Program-made: the position numbers and the translations under genes
Notes under the pieces: generated by a model
Seen by the model: only the letters and a program-made list of their open reading frames with translations
What the model was told of the DNA's origin: nothing
Database searches by the model: none
Shown here: piece by piece, positions 10,070-19,391 of the stretch
Layout of the letters: each line of letters starts with the position of its first letter
How positions within the stretch are numbered: position 1 is the first letter of the stretch
Assembly: GCA_028698175.1 (NCBI GenBank)
Contig: JAQVDU010000002.1
Location: 1 to 55,776 of the forward strand
Reading direction: 5' to 3'
Length of the DNA stretch: 55,776 nucleotides
Origin: a bacterium
Lineage (GTDB): Bacteria > Hydrothermota > 32-111

Positions 10070-10524
10070 TGGCTTCTAAAGTTGCGATTCTCATGGGTTC
10101 CGACTCTGACAGGGAGGCAATGTCCTCCGCAGAGACCGTTCTGAGGGATTTTGGTATAAGCTTTGATCTGTTCGTAATGTCAGCCCACAGAAATCCTGAC
10201 AAAGTCAAGGAGTTCGCCTCTTCTGCTAGGGAGGCGGGCTACAAAGTTATAATATGCGGGGCAGGCTATGCGGCGCATCTTGCCGGAGTGGTTGCGTCTC
10301 ATACGACGCTTCCGGTTCTCGCTGTTCCCATAGATTCATCTCCATTCAAGGGAATCGACTCCCTGCTCTCATCAGTGATGATGCCTGCCGGTGTTCCCGT
10401 TGCCGTATTCACAGTCGGCAGGGCAGGGTCAAAGAATGCAGCTCTCTTCGCCGCAGAGATGTTTTCAGCGGAAGATAAAGAGCTTGAAGAAAAGCTTAAG
10501 AAGATGAGAGATGGCTGGAACTGA
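10066..10524 (+). CDS. purE: N5-carboxyaminoimidazole ribonucleotide mutase
   Basis: VAILMGSDSD, SAHRNPDKV and GAGYAAHLAGVVA motifs over the full length. Confidence 0.93.
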   Translation: MMASKVAILMGSDSDREAMSSAETVLRDFGISFDLFVMSAHRNPDKVKEFASSAREAGYKVIICGAGYAAHLAGVVASHTTLPVLAVPIDSSPFKGIDSLLSSVMMPAGVPVAVFTVGRAGSKNAALFAAEMFSAEDKELEEKLKKMRDGWN

Positions 10525-11122
10525 ATTAGAGAAGATTGTCGATCTTTTAAATAAAGGCCAGGTGGTTGCATTTTCAACCGACACAGTGAACGGCATGGGC
10601 GCTCTTTGCAATTCAAACTCGGCGATTGAAAAAATATTTTCTTTGAAGAAGAGAAGTTCGGAAAAACCGTTTGCCCTGTTCTTTCATTCAAAAGTGCGGG
10701 CTCTCGAATACTTTGAAAGATCTCCTCTCCTTGAAAGGGTGATAGACGAATTTATGCCGGGACCCCTCACAATAGTCGCCAGAGTGAAAAAAAGAATAAA
10801 TCCTCTTTTGGCAAAAGACAATTTTGCGTCATTCAGAATACCGAAAGACAGAAAAATTCTTCTTCTCCTTGAATCCCTCGACAAACCTTTGGCTGTGACG
10901 TCCCTGAATCTGTCAGGAAAAAATGTCATCACCTCAAAAGAAGAAGCATTGAAAGTTTTCAAGGATGTAAAGATCTTTGGAAAGCTGAGCGAAAAGAGCA
11001 TTCCTTCCTCAGTCATAAGAATCTGCAACTGCGAAATTGAATTTTTAAGAGAAGGAGCAATCTCAAAAAGCGGATTTTTTAAAAGAATAAAAAACATCTC
11101 AAATAAGGAGATCATATGCTGA
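10511..11122 (+). CDS. tsaC: L-threonylcarbamoyladenylate synthase (YrdC/Sua5 domain)
   Basis: YrdC-fold pattern: VVAFSTDTVNGMGA, KKRSSEKPFALFF, PGPLT. About 200 aa, the single-domain TsaC type. Confidence 0.8.
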   Translation: MAGTELEKIVDLLNKGQVVAFSTDTVNGMGALCNSNSAIEKIFSLKKRSSEKPFALFFHSKVRALEYFERSPLLERVIDEFMPGPLTIVARVKKRINPLLAKDNFASFRIPKDRKILLLLESLDKPLAVTSLNLSGKNVITSKEEALKVFKDVKIFGKLSEKSIPSSVIRICNCEIEFLREGAISKSGFFKRIKNISNKEIIC

Positions 11123-12456
11123 CTAAAAGCAAAATCCATCAGTTTACGGAAAGGGTCATAAAGGATTCTGATGCCGATATGACAACGGTTTCAATCGCAG
11201 GGGAGAAGGAGGCGCTGACAAGGTTTTCCAACAATGAAATAACTCAGAACGTGGATTCCATAAGGTACACATTCTCCATCCGATGCGTTTACGGAGACAG
11301 GGTCGGGGTTGTCTCCGGAACCTCTCTTGACTTTAAAAACATTAAGAGGTTTCTTGAGACGGCAAAACAGATAGCTCTCAACCAGAGAACAGGAAAGAAG
11401 ATCTATCCGCTCTTCGAACCCCAGCAGTATAAAACATGCAAGGGGTATGACAAAGGAACGGAAGACGTGACACCGCAGACAAGGGCTGACATGGTCAAAT
11501 CTGCTGTGAAACTGTGCGCAAAGGAGAAGATGTCAGCCGCAGGAATAATGTCAAACGCGGCAATGCTTTACGCAATAGCAAATTCAAAGGGTCTCTTTGC
11601 AATCAATGAGAATTCAAATGCCACTTTTTCAATAACCGCTCAGACTAAGAATTCGTCCGGGTGGGCTGAGGATTCCCAGACAAGCATTAAAAAACTCAAT
11701 GTAATGAAAGACGCGGAGGTTGCGGTAAAAAAGGCGAAGCTTTCAAAGAATCCGAAATCAGCCGAACCAGGAAAGTACACTGTAATTCTTGAACCTGCCG
11801 CGGTTGCTGACATTCTCTCTTTTCTTTCATATACGGTCTTTAACGGACTTAGGTTTGCCGAGGGGCGCACGTTTCTCTCCGGAAAAATGGGAGAGAGGGT
11901 CGCTGACGCGAGGATAAACCTCTACGACGACCCTTTCGTTGACGGCATTGGAGGCATTCCTTTTGATATGGAGGGATTTCCCAAGAAGAGGCTTACTCTT
12001 ATTGAAAAAGGAGTTTTCAGAGAAATTCCCACTGACAGAAAGGTTGCGGAAATGCTCAAACTTGAAAATAACGGACACTCTCTCGGAGCTGACGATGAAT
12101 GGGGACCTCTTCCTTTGAACCTCCGTCTTGAAACAGGCAAATCTACCGTCGATGAAATGATCAAATCAACAAAAAAGGGAATTCTTGTAACTCAATTCCA
12201 TTACGTAAACATCCTTGACCCGATGAAGACCCTTGTAACAGGAATGACAAGAAACGGCATATTCCTTGTGGAGAACGGAACGGTTAAACACGGGCTAAAG
12301 AACCTCAGGTTCACTCAGTCAATAATGGATGCCCTTATGAACACAGAGATGGTCGGCGACAGAGCAATAGTCCAGAGCGGCGGATTCGGCGGAGGATTCT
12401 CTGTGCCTGCAATGAAGGTCAGGGATTTCCACTTCACCAGCAAAACAGAGTTTTAG
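11116..12456 (+). CDS. pmbA: PmbA/TldE-family metalloprotease subunit
   Basis: PmbA_TldD family length and C-terminal pattern (GILVTQFHYVN..GMTRNG, FGGGFSVPAM). Lacks HExxxH, as PmbA does. Adjacent to tldD. Confidence 0.85.
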   Translation: MLTKSKIHQFTERVIKDSDADMTTVSIAGEKEALTRFSNNEITQNVDSIRYTFSIRCVYGDRVGVVSGTSLDFKNIKRFLETAKQIALNQRTGKKIYPLFEPQQYKTCKGYDKGTEDVTPQTRADMVKSAVKLCAKEKMSAAGIMSNAAMLYAIANSKGLFAINENSNATFSITAQTKNSSGWAEDSQTSIKKLNVMKDAEVAVKKAKLSKNPKSAEPGKYTVILEPAAVADILSFLSYTVFNGLRFAEGRTFLSGKMGERVADARINLYDDPFVDGIGGIPFDMEGFPKKRLTLIEKGVFREIPTDRKVAEMLKLENNGHSLGADDEWGPLPLNLRLETGKSTVDEMIKSTKKGILVTQFHYVNILDPMKTLVTGMTRNGIFLVENGTVKHGLKNLRFTQSIMDALMNTEMVGDRAIVQSGGFGGGFSVPAMKVRDFHFTSKTEF

Positions 12457-12469
12457 GACAGGAGGAACA

Positions 12470-13921
12470 ATGTTTAAACTTGGAAATTTGGCGATTGAAA
12501 CCGCAAAGCACTATGGGGCTGACTATGCGGATATAAGGATAATCGAAACAAAGAACGAAGATCTTAACGTCAGAAACGGAAAGGTCAGCGCGGATTATTC
12601 GCAGACCCTTGGCTTCGGAGTAAGGGTTCTTTACAGGGGGTCGTGGGGATTCGCGTCAAGCGACACTCTGACAATGGAAGAGGTAAAGAAAGTTTCAAAA
12701 GAGGCTGTGCTCATAGCAAAGGCATCCAACACCCTTCAGGCTGCAAAAGTCAGGTGGGCTAAGGAGGATTCCTATAAGGACCACTGGTTCACTCCCGCAT
12801 TGAAGAATCCTTTCCGCATACCTCTCGAGCAGAAACTCGATTTAATGCTGAAAATAGATGAAATTCTCAGAAAGAAGCCGGAGATAAGGGTCTCCACGGT
12901 TGAAATGTCATTTCAAAACATAAGAAAATGGTTTGTAAACTCGCAGGGAAGCGAGATACTGCAGGACCTTATGAGAAGCGGAGCCGGATACTCGGTCACA
13001 TCCGTGGGAAACAATGACATGCAGGTTCGCTCATACCCGGCATCATTCGGAGGACAGTACTATTCAGGCGGCTATGAGATAGTGGAGCAGATGGAGCTTC
13101 TGCAAAATGCAGAAAGAGTGAGGGAAGAGGCGATTGAACTTCTAACCGCGGACGAATGCGAAGAGAAGGTCTCTGACGTCATTATAGGCGGTTCGCAGAT
13201 GGTTCTTCAGATTCATGAATCCGTGGGACACGCAACGGAGCTTGACAGGGTTTTGGGTTATGAAGCAAATTATGCCGGAACATCATTTGCCACTCTTGAA
13301 AAGTATAAGAAATTCAAATACGGCTCTCCGATAGTGAATTTGTTCGCCGACTCAACCATTCCTCTCGGCCTCGCCACGCACGGATACGATGATGACGGAG
13401 TCAAAGCTCAGAGGTGGGACATAGTCAAGAACGGTGTGCTTTCAGGTTATATGACCAACAGGGAGCTTGCTCACAAAATTAATGACACAAGGTCAAGAGG
13501 ATGCTCGCGCTCTCAGGGATTCTCATCGATCCCTATCATAAGGATTGCAAACCTCTCCCTGGCGCCCGGCGAATGGGAGCTGGATGATTTGATAAAGGAT
13601 ACAAAAAACGGCGTCTTCATGGACACGAACAAGTCATGGTCAATAGACCAGATGCGCCTCAACTTTCAGTTCGGATGTGAAATCGGCTATGAGATAAAGA
13701 ACGGGAAGAAGGGAAGAATGCTTAAAAACTGTTCGTATCAGGACATTACTCCCGAGTTCTGGGGAAAGTGCGACGCAATATGCAATGAAAACCATTGGGA
13801 CCTCTGGGGCGTTATAAACTGCGGAAAGGGACAGCCTGGACAGAGGGCTGAAATGTCCCACGGTTCATCTCCCGCAAGATTCAGAAAAGTTCATATAGGA
13901 ATAGGAAATAAAAAAAGGTAA
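12470..13921 (+). CDS. tldD: TldD-family zinc metalloprotease
   Basis: HESVGHATELD (HExxxH) motif and a GSCGKGQ-like CGKGQPG near the C-terminus. Paired with pmbA. Confidence 0.88.
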   Translation: MFKLGNLAIETAKHYGADYADIRIIETKNEDLNVRNGKVSADYSQTLGFGVRVLYRGSWGFASSDTLTMEEVKKVSKEAVLIAKASNTLQAAKVRWAKEDSYKDHWFTPALKNPFRIPLEQKLDLMLKIDEILRKKPEIRVSTVEMSFQNIRKWFVNSQGSEILQDLMRSGAGYSVTSVGNNDMQVRSYPASFGGQYYSGGYEIVEQMELLQNAERVREEAIELLTADECEEKVSDVIIGGSQMVLQIHESVGHATELDRVLGYEANYAGTSFATLEKYKKFKYGSPIVNLFADSTIPLGLATHGYDDDGVKAQRWDIVKNGVLSGYMTNRELAHKINDTRSRGCSRSQGFSSIPIIRIANLSLAPGEWELDDLIKDTKNGVFMDTNKSWSIDQMRLNFQFGCEIGYEIKNGKKGRMLKNCSYQDITPEFWGKCDAICNENHWDLWGVINCGKGQPGQRAEMSHGSSPARFRKVHIGIGNKKR

Positions 13922-13932
13922 TCTGCAATAAT

Positions 13933-13964
13933 TCAGTCGAAGCGGAGAAAACCGCTTCGACTGA
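13933..13964 (+). terminator. 13-bp perfect hairpin after tldD (possible attenuating terminator, no U-tract)
   Basis: tcagtcgaagcgg-agaaaa-ccgcttcgactga. It is followed by AAAAC rather than T's, so terminator function is uncertain. Confidence 0.35.
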
Positions 13965-13980
13965 AAACAAAGGAGGTTTT

Positions 13981-16284
13981 ATGAAGAGGGTGTTATGTTT
14001 TTCATTTATTCTGTTTGTGTTTTTGTCTTTATCAGCCTCTTCGGGAGGCTCTCCAAACAAAGAGAACAGCTCTTTCAACGGCTACCTTGTCTCCGACTCT
14101 GTCATTGACACACTGAACTATGGCAGAACAGGCTCAAACGGAATTGAATTCGACGGAAGGTATTTTTACATTGCAAATGCAGTGCCGGACCCCGCCTTTG
14201 TTTACAAATTTGACTACATATACGGGCTTCTCGATTCTTTTGTCATGCCGGCAAACGGAAACATTTTCGGCATAGGCATACAGAACAACAATTTGTACGT
14301 AGCGAACTGGACAAACGGCACCATCCACAAGCTTACGGTTGACGGAACCCCAATAACAACACTGACATCTCCTGCGGGCACAGGCACAAGGGGAGTGACA
14401 AGCGACGGAGCAAACCTATACATCGCCTCAACAAACGGCGGAACAAACACAGGCTTCATATTTGTCACTGATACCCTGATAAACATTCTCGACACAATTC
14501 ATATAGCATCCATTGTCGGATGGCCTATGGACATTGCATTCTGCGATGTTGATTCTACACTATGGGTTCTTGACGATACTGCAAACAAAGTGTGGAAACT
14601 CGACATATCGGTTGACCCTCCTGTGATTGTGGATTCCCTGCCTGTTCCTTTCGGAGGCTCCCTTACGGGCGAGGGCGTCGCCTTTGACGGAAATGACCTT
14701 TGGATTACAAATTACTCTGATACTTTTGCTTACAGGTATGACCTCGGCATAGCGAAGACAAGGGTGGCTTATTTTGAGGACCATGCTCCATGGACATCTT
14801 GGGCGAACGAGGATATTCTATGCAGAAACAGAGTTGCATTTCATTACTTCACATCCCTGGATCTGCCTACTGTTGATTTTTCAAAGTTCCAGAAGGCAAT
14901 ATTCGCAAGCCAGCAGGAAAACACATTTTATACTGCGATAACGGACAATAGGTCGATGCTTGAATCATGGATAAACAATGGCGGAATATTCCAGCTGAAC
15001 GGAGCAACTTATGATTCATATTCATGGGCGGGGCAGATTATGCCGGGAGGATTTTCAATGGTTCAGCAGATGATTGACACTGCGACAATAATGAGCGCAT
15101 GGCATCCGCTTTTGAATGAATTCTACACAGCAGATTCCGCCAGCCTTGTCGATTGGGGCAGCGTGATGCACGGAAGACTTACAAATCTGCCTGCAGATGC
15201 TTACAATGTGCTTTTAACTGGCGACTCTCTCAATGCGGGTCTTTCAATATTCAGAATGGGAAAGGGCGGAGTCATAGCCACTACGCTTACTGCGGAATAT
15301 GCTTTCGACAATGCCTTCTCAGAAATTGCAGAGAATATAGACATGTACTGGATAAACGGCTGCTCTCCAAATGTGCTTTGGGCCGTGGCCGATCCTCCTG
15401 CGCCGGTTATAACAAAGGCGATAGAGGAGTATCCTGATTTCGGCAACATTGACTATATGGATTCAAGGACCTTCATTCCAAGCCAGTTGGATATGTCAAT
15501 GTACGATGTCGTTTTAACATTTCCCGATTATTCATACGCTGACGCAGAGCTTATGGGAGATTCTCTTTTTGAGCATGTTCTTAACGGCAAATGGGTTGTG
15601 ACATGCGGATGGTCATGGTACACTACCGGAAATTACCTCGGAGGCGAGATAATGAATCCTACATACAATCCATTCTCTCCGCTTGACGGAACAAATCATT
15701 TGTCAAACGCGAATCTCGGAACATTTGTTGCGGGACATGAATTCATGAACAATGTTTCAACTCTCACATCATATTTCAGGGATTATCTTGTTCTCAATTC
15801 CGGAGCAGACACTGTTGCAAGGTGGAGCGATGACGAATGGCTCCTCGGGTACAGAAACCTTCCGGGAATCATGGGAGGCATAGTGGGTCTCAACATTGTG
15901 CCTTCTGATGATTATGTCTCCGGGGGAGAACTCGCTGGGGATTACGTTCAGCTTGTTCACAACGTTCTTTTGGTCTCTGAACTTACTCCTGTCGAGGAGA
16001 TTGCCCTTGATGGAAGATCAAATGAATTCAAGACAGAGGTAACTTCTATCACATCTGGAATTTTCAGGGCATCATTTTCTTCTCCAGTCATGGAACATAC
16101 GCTCATTTCTGTATATGACAAAACCGGAAGGGTTGTCTTTGAGAAAGATTTTTTCAATGCAAACGGTCTTAGAGAGGTCTCCTTTGACGCTTTAAAAGAG
16201 AATATTTCATCCGGAGTTTATTTCTTCAGAATCTCTTCCGGGAAAAATCTTGTAAAAGGAAAATTCCTTTACATTTCAAAGTGA
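13981..16284 (+). CDS. Secreted T9SS-cargo protein: NHL-like beta-propeller plus ThuA/GATase1-like module plus C-terminal sorting domain
   Basis: Signal peptide present. Repeated blades (GIEFDGRYFYIAN, NNLYVANWTNGTIHKL, GANLYIAS, STLWVLDDTANKVWKLD, GNDLWITN). The middle region is homologous to the 2762 lipoprotein. C-terminus SGVYFFRISSGKNLVKGKFLYISK. Confidence 0.85.
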   Translation: MKRVLCFSFILFVFLSLSASSGGSPNKENSSFNGYLVSDSVIDTLNYGRTGSNGIEFDGRYFYIANAVPDPAFVYKFDYIYGLLDSFVMPANGNIFGIGIQNNNLYVANWTNGTIHKLTVDGTPITTLTSPAGTGTRGVTSDGANLYIASTNGGTNTGFIFVTDTLINILDTIHIASIVGWPMDIAFCDVDSTLWVLDDTANKVWKLDISVDPPVIVDSLPVPFGGSLTGEGVAFDGNDLWITNYSDTFAYRYDLGIAKTRVAYFEDHAPWTSWANEDILCRNRVAFHYFTSLDLPTVDFSKFQKAIFASQQENTFYTAITDNRSMLESWINNGGIFQLNGATYDSYSWAGQIMPGGFSMVQQMIDTATIMSAWHPLLNEFYTADSASLVDWGSVMHGRLTNLPADAYNVLLTGDSLNAGLSIFRMGKGGVIATTLTAEYAFDNAFSEIAENIDMYWINGCSPNVLWAVADPPAPVITKAIEEYPDFGNIDYMDSRTFIPSQLDMSMYDVVLTFPDYSYADAELMGDSLFEHVLNGKWVVTCGWSWYTTGNYLGGEIMNPTYNPFSPLDGTNHLSNANLGTFVAGHEFMNNVSTLTSYFRDYLVLNSGADTVARWSDDEWLLGYRNLPGIMGGIVGLNIVPSDDYVSGGELAGDYVQLVHNVLLVSELTPVEEIALDGRSNEFKTEVTSITSGIFRASFSSPVMEHTLISVYDKTGRVVFEKDFFNANGLREVSFDALKENISSGVYFFRISSGKNLVKGKFLYISK

Positions 16285-16294
16285 TTTTGTTTGC

Positions 16295-16320
16295 AAAAGG
16301 GGGGCTTTGCTCCCCTTTTA
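16295..16320 (+). terminator. Intrinsic terminator after the 767-aa cargo gene
   Basis: aaaaggggggc-ttt-gctcccctttt hairpin starting 11 nt after the stop, ending in and followed by T-rich sequence. Confidence 0.75.
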
Positions 16321-16322
16321 TC

Positions 16323-16351
16323 TTGACTTTTTTTTTATAAAGATATAGAAT
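16323..16351 (+). promoter_or_regulatory. sigma70-type promoter TTGACT-17 nt-TAGAAT for the Tyr-rich barrel operon
   Basis: TTGACT at 16323-16328, a 17-nt spacer, TAGAAT at 16346-16351. Lies directly after the upstream terminator. Confidence 0.5.
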
Positions 16352-16436
16352 AAATCAAATACAAGGAGGTATTTGGGAATTGTATAAATCTATTAATGAT
16401 AAATCAAAAGAAACAATCAAAACAAAGGAGGAAAGG

Positions 16437-18062
16437 ATGACCTTTAAGAGAGTTTTGTTTTTACTTGCACTCTCGGTTCTCTGCATTTCCGTGTCTGCTC
16501 AGTTCGCATCATTCAGGAGCCTGTCGACTGCAGGACTTTTGGATGACAACATTGAGGCGATACTTGCGGTCACCGAGATGACCTATGTTGACGGATTCAA
16601 CATATTCACAAACCTTTCAAACTTCGACTATCAGTCGGAGGACATTTTTGACGGCTATTCTGACAATTATCTCATAGGATTCAAGGGTTCGATGATGGAC
16701 ATGCTCCACCTCGGATTCCTATCCGCGTCAGAGGGCTACAAATACGGCTACACAGACACTGTCACGTCGACAGAGTACATTGACAACAACGGCGACGAGC
16801 AGTATGACGAATTCATCACAGAGAATGAGACTGATGAATATTTTGAAGGAGATAACTACTCAACAAACTTCGTCGCATTCACATTCGGAAAGCCTGAAGG
16901 CGTCAAAGCCGGATTCTCCTACACCAATTACAGGGGCAACTATGCTTACGATGAGGTTTATACTGATGTCGTGAGGGATTCAAACAGAATCTCCGGCGAT
17001 TTGATGAGGCTTTACAATGAGTGGTATTATTATGATTATACTAATCCGTACACTGATAACGCTCTCACCCTTAACGGCGCATTTTCAACAGGCGCGATGG
17101 AGTTCGCACTCAACATAGGGCTTGAGTTCCTCAAGGGCAATTACTTTGACTATGAAGTGGACTCATTCATTGAGGACCTCTCACCTGCAAACCCCTCGAT
17201 GCCTTTCCAGTATAGCGGAGTTTACAATGACTCAACAGAGTACACTCAGAACGGCTTCGGTTGGAACGTGGGTCTTCAGATGTACTACAGAACTTCGAAT
17301 CAGGATTCAATAGAGTTCGGAGGATACGTCTCAAATGTAAACTACGGAAAAGCGCACTACACTTCAAACTATTCAAACCAGTATGATGCAATTTATCCCG
17401 GCATTGTTGAAAATGAAACATACTCATATGACTACAATGACTCTTACGGCGACTCAACAAGTTCATTTGCTGAAGCATACATGTCATGGGGCGTCGGCGG
17501 AAAATTCGTCAAAAAGCTTGAAAAGGCGCACTTTGCAATGGGAGCATTCTTCGGCCAGTATAAAAACAGCGAAATTGACACTTCAAATTATGACTACACC
17601 TACGAAGAGAGATACAATGACGGAAACGGAATGGATGACTTAGGCGACTATGAGTACTATGAAGAGGGTTCATACTCAAGAGAGTATGCCTACAATTCTC
17701 TTGGTACATACATTTACCTGCCGGTAGGCATTGAGTATAACTTCTGGGGTCCTTTGACGGGAAGGCTCGGAGCAGAGACGAACCTCAGTTGGTACAACTC
17801 ATACAGCTCTGAAAAGTTCTTCGCCTTTGACCCGGGAACATACACTATAACCTATGGCGACGGATCCGTCTATGAATACCTCAATGATCATGACTCATAC
17901 AGAGAGGATTATTCCTACGGATATTCGTCTTTTGACCGCTCAACATACTTCTCATACGGAATAGGATGGGAAATTTCAAAGAATGTCAAAGTTGATTTCA
18001 TGGGATTCTCAGACCTCACCGATATGACAGACTGGTCAATTTCAGCCAATGTCAAGTTTTAA
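16437..18062 (+). CDS. Tyr/Asp/Asn-rich outer-membrane beta-barrel-like protein, unknown family
   Basis: AAGGAGG lies 5 nt before ATG 16437, followed by signal peptide MTFKRVLFLLALSVLCISVSAQ. I count ~66 Tyr in 541 aa and no Cys after the signal peptide. Ends in an OMP-like terminal SISANVKF. The tracked ORF starts at TTG 16380, giving an in-frame 19-aa leader with its own SD. Confidence 0.75.
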   Translation: MTFKRVLFLLALSVLCISVSAQFASFRSLSTAGLLDDNIEAILAVTEMTYVDGFNIFTNLSNFDYQSEDIFDGYSDNYLIGFKGSMMDMLHLGFLSASEGYKYGYTDTVTSTEYIDNNGDEQYDEFITENETDEYFEGDNYSTNFVAFTFGKPEGVKAGFSYTNYRGNYAYDEVYTDVVRDSNRISGDLMRLYNEWYYYDYTNPYTDNALTLNGAFSTGAMEFALNIGLEFLKGNYFDYEVDSFIEDLSPANPSMPFQYSGVYNDSTEYTQNGFGWNVGLQMYYRTSNQDSIEFGGYVSNVNYGKAHYTSNYSNQYDAIYPGIVENETYSYDYNDSYGDSTSSFAEAYMSWGVGGKFVKKLEKAHFAMGAFFGQYKNSEIDTSNYDYTYEERYNDGNGMDDLGDYEYYEEGSYSREYAYNSLGTYIYLPVGIEYNFWGPLTGRLGAETNLSWYNSYSSEKFFAFDPGTYTITYGDGSVYEYLNDHDSYREDYSYGYSSFDRSTYFSYGIGWEISKNVKVDFMGFSDLTDMTDWSISANVKF

Positions 18063-18077
18063 TTTTAGGAGGAAACA

Positions 18078-19331
18078 ATGAAAAGATTTATACCATTGAT
18101 TCTTGCCATACTGCTGATTGCCGCAGGCTGCACATTCAAGCCCTATGACGGAACAGATTATTCGGCAGACTTTGAGCCGGCCACAACGGGAACTGTCGCT
18201 ATTCAGCTCACAGGTTCAAGTCCTGCTAACGGAGGCAACATTCAGGACACGGATTTCGACACCGGGGACATTGAAGGAATCATATACATTTACTTCAATG
18301 ATTACCTCAATTCAAGCGCCGCCACTGCGACAAACTTCGCCCTTAATCCAAACGGCTCTGCAGGAACGATAACTTCGATAACTGTGGCCTATGAGAAGAA
18401 TTTCAGAAGGGTAAAGCTTACAGGCACATTTGCAAATAATGCGACATACTCTTTGAAGATATCTGCAGACGGAGTCAAATCGGCAGGCGGATGCTACATT
18501 GACGGAAACGGAAACGGAATCGACGACGGTTCCCCGTATGATGACATCTACTTCCAGTTTGCAACAGGAACCGGTAACGACTGGGCAGACCATGACAACC
18601 CGCGCCTGAACGGCTTCTGGCCTGAGGGCGGACAGGTTGCGGTTGACGGCGGATTTCTTGTCACTTTTGATGAAGTAGTCGAATCAACTGACGTGGTAAA
18701 CGGAGTCACTCTTGTAAGAGAGAGCGACGGAATGAATATAAACCTTGAACTTCTTGTCTACTTCGGAACAGGTGCGTTATTCGGAGTCAACGGAGGAGAT
18801 TCGCTTGCGCAGAGACAGGCATACCTTATGACTGTCGAACTCAACACAATATCAGACTCAGCAGGAAACACTGCTCTTGCTTACAATGATCCATATACTG
18901 CAGAGACGCCTGACTTTGTGTCAAGGTTCGTCACAGAGTCCTATGAGGGAGATGATGACACCCCGCCGACAGTTTGGAATATAAGCTTCCCTTGGGGCGG
19001 CGACTTCATGACCATAAACTTTGACGAAGCAATGGACATTACAACACTCACTTCAAACAACATTAAATTCTATGCCGACTTCGGAAACGGACCGGTTTAT
19101 GTGCCCGGAGACCTTTATGTCAGGCCTGACACAACAGCTGTTGAGTATTCGCTCATAAACTTCAACTGGGATGATTTCAATCAGGGTCTTCTTGTTATTG
19201 AAAAAGAAGTCACGGACAACTCGGACAAGAAGTGGATGCTTGATGCAAACGGAAACGGAATCGGCGGAGAAGAGGCAGACATTACAAGACACGGCTATGA
19301 AGATTCCGATAATTACAACGAATGGTTCTGA
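18078..19331 (+). CDS. Lipoprotein with SbsA/Big_5-like Ig domains and DGNGNGIDDG calcium-site-like loops
   Basis: GGAGG SD and lipobox IAAGC. Repeated 'ATNFALNP..VKLTG..YSLKIS'-type Ig-like segments. Two D-x-N-G-N-G-I-(D/G) loops. Confidence 0.7.
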   Translation: MKRFIPLILAILLIAAGCTFKPYDGTDYSADFEPATTGTVAIQLTGSSPANGGNIQDTDFDTGDIEGIIYIYFNDYLNSSAATATNFALNPNGSAGTITSITVAYEKNFRRVKLTGTFANNATYSLKISADGVKSAGGCYIDGNGNGIDDGSPYDDIYFQFATGTGNDWADHDNPRLNGFWPEGGQVAVDGGFLVTFDEVVESTDVVNGVTLVRESDGMNINLELLVYFGTGALFGVNGGDSLAQRQAYLMTVELNTISDSAGNTALAYNDPYTAETPDFVSRFVTESYEGDDDTPPTVWNISFPWGGDFMTINFDEAMDITTLTSNNIKFYADFGNGPVYVPGDLYVRPDTTAVEYSLINFNWDDFNQGLLVIEKEVTDNSDKKWMLDANGNGIGGEEADITRHGYEDSDNYNEWF

Positions 19332-19352
19332 TTTTTGATTTAATGGCTTTAT

Positions 19353-19383
19353 AAAAAAGGGGGCTATAAGCCCCCTTTTTTTT
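19353..19383. terminator. Bidirectional intrinsic terminator between convergent genes
   Basis: A-run, then gggggct-ata-agccccc, then a T-run. Serves 18078..19331 (+) and 19392..22157 (-). Confidence 0.85.
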
Positions 19384-19391
19384 GCTGATAT

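Noticed and set aside
16780-17709. Five overlapping 63-106-aa ORFs in alternative frames and on both strands inside the Tyr-rich barrel gene.
   Set aside because: They are a by-product of the monotonous tac/gac/aac/gaa codon usage, which removes stop codons from other frames. The main frame has the signal peptide and the OMP terminus.
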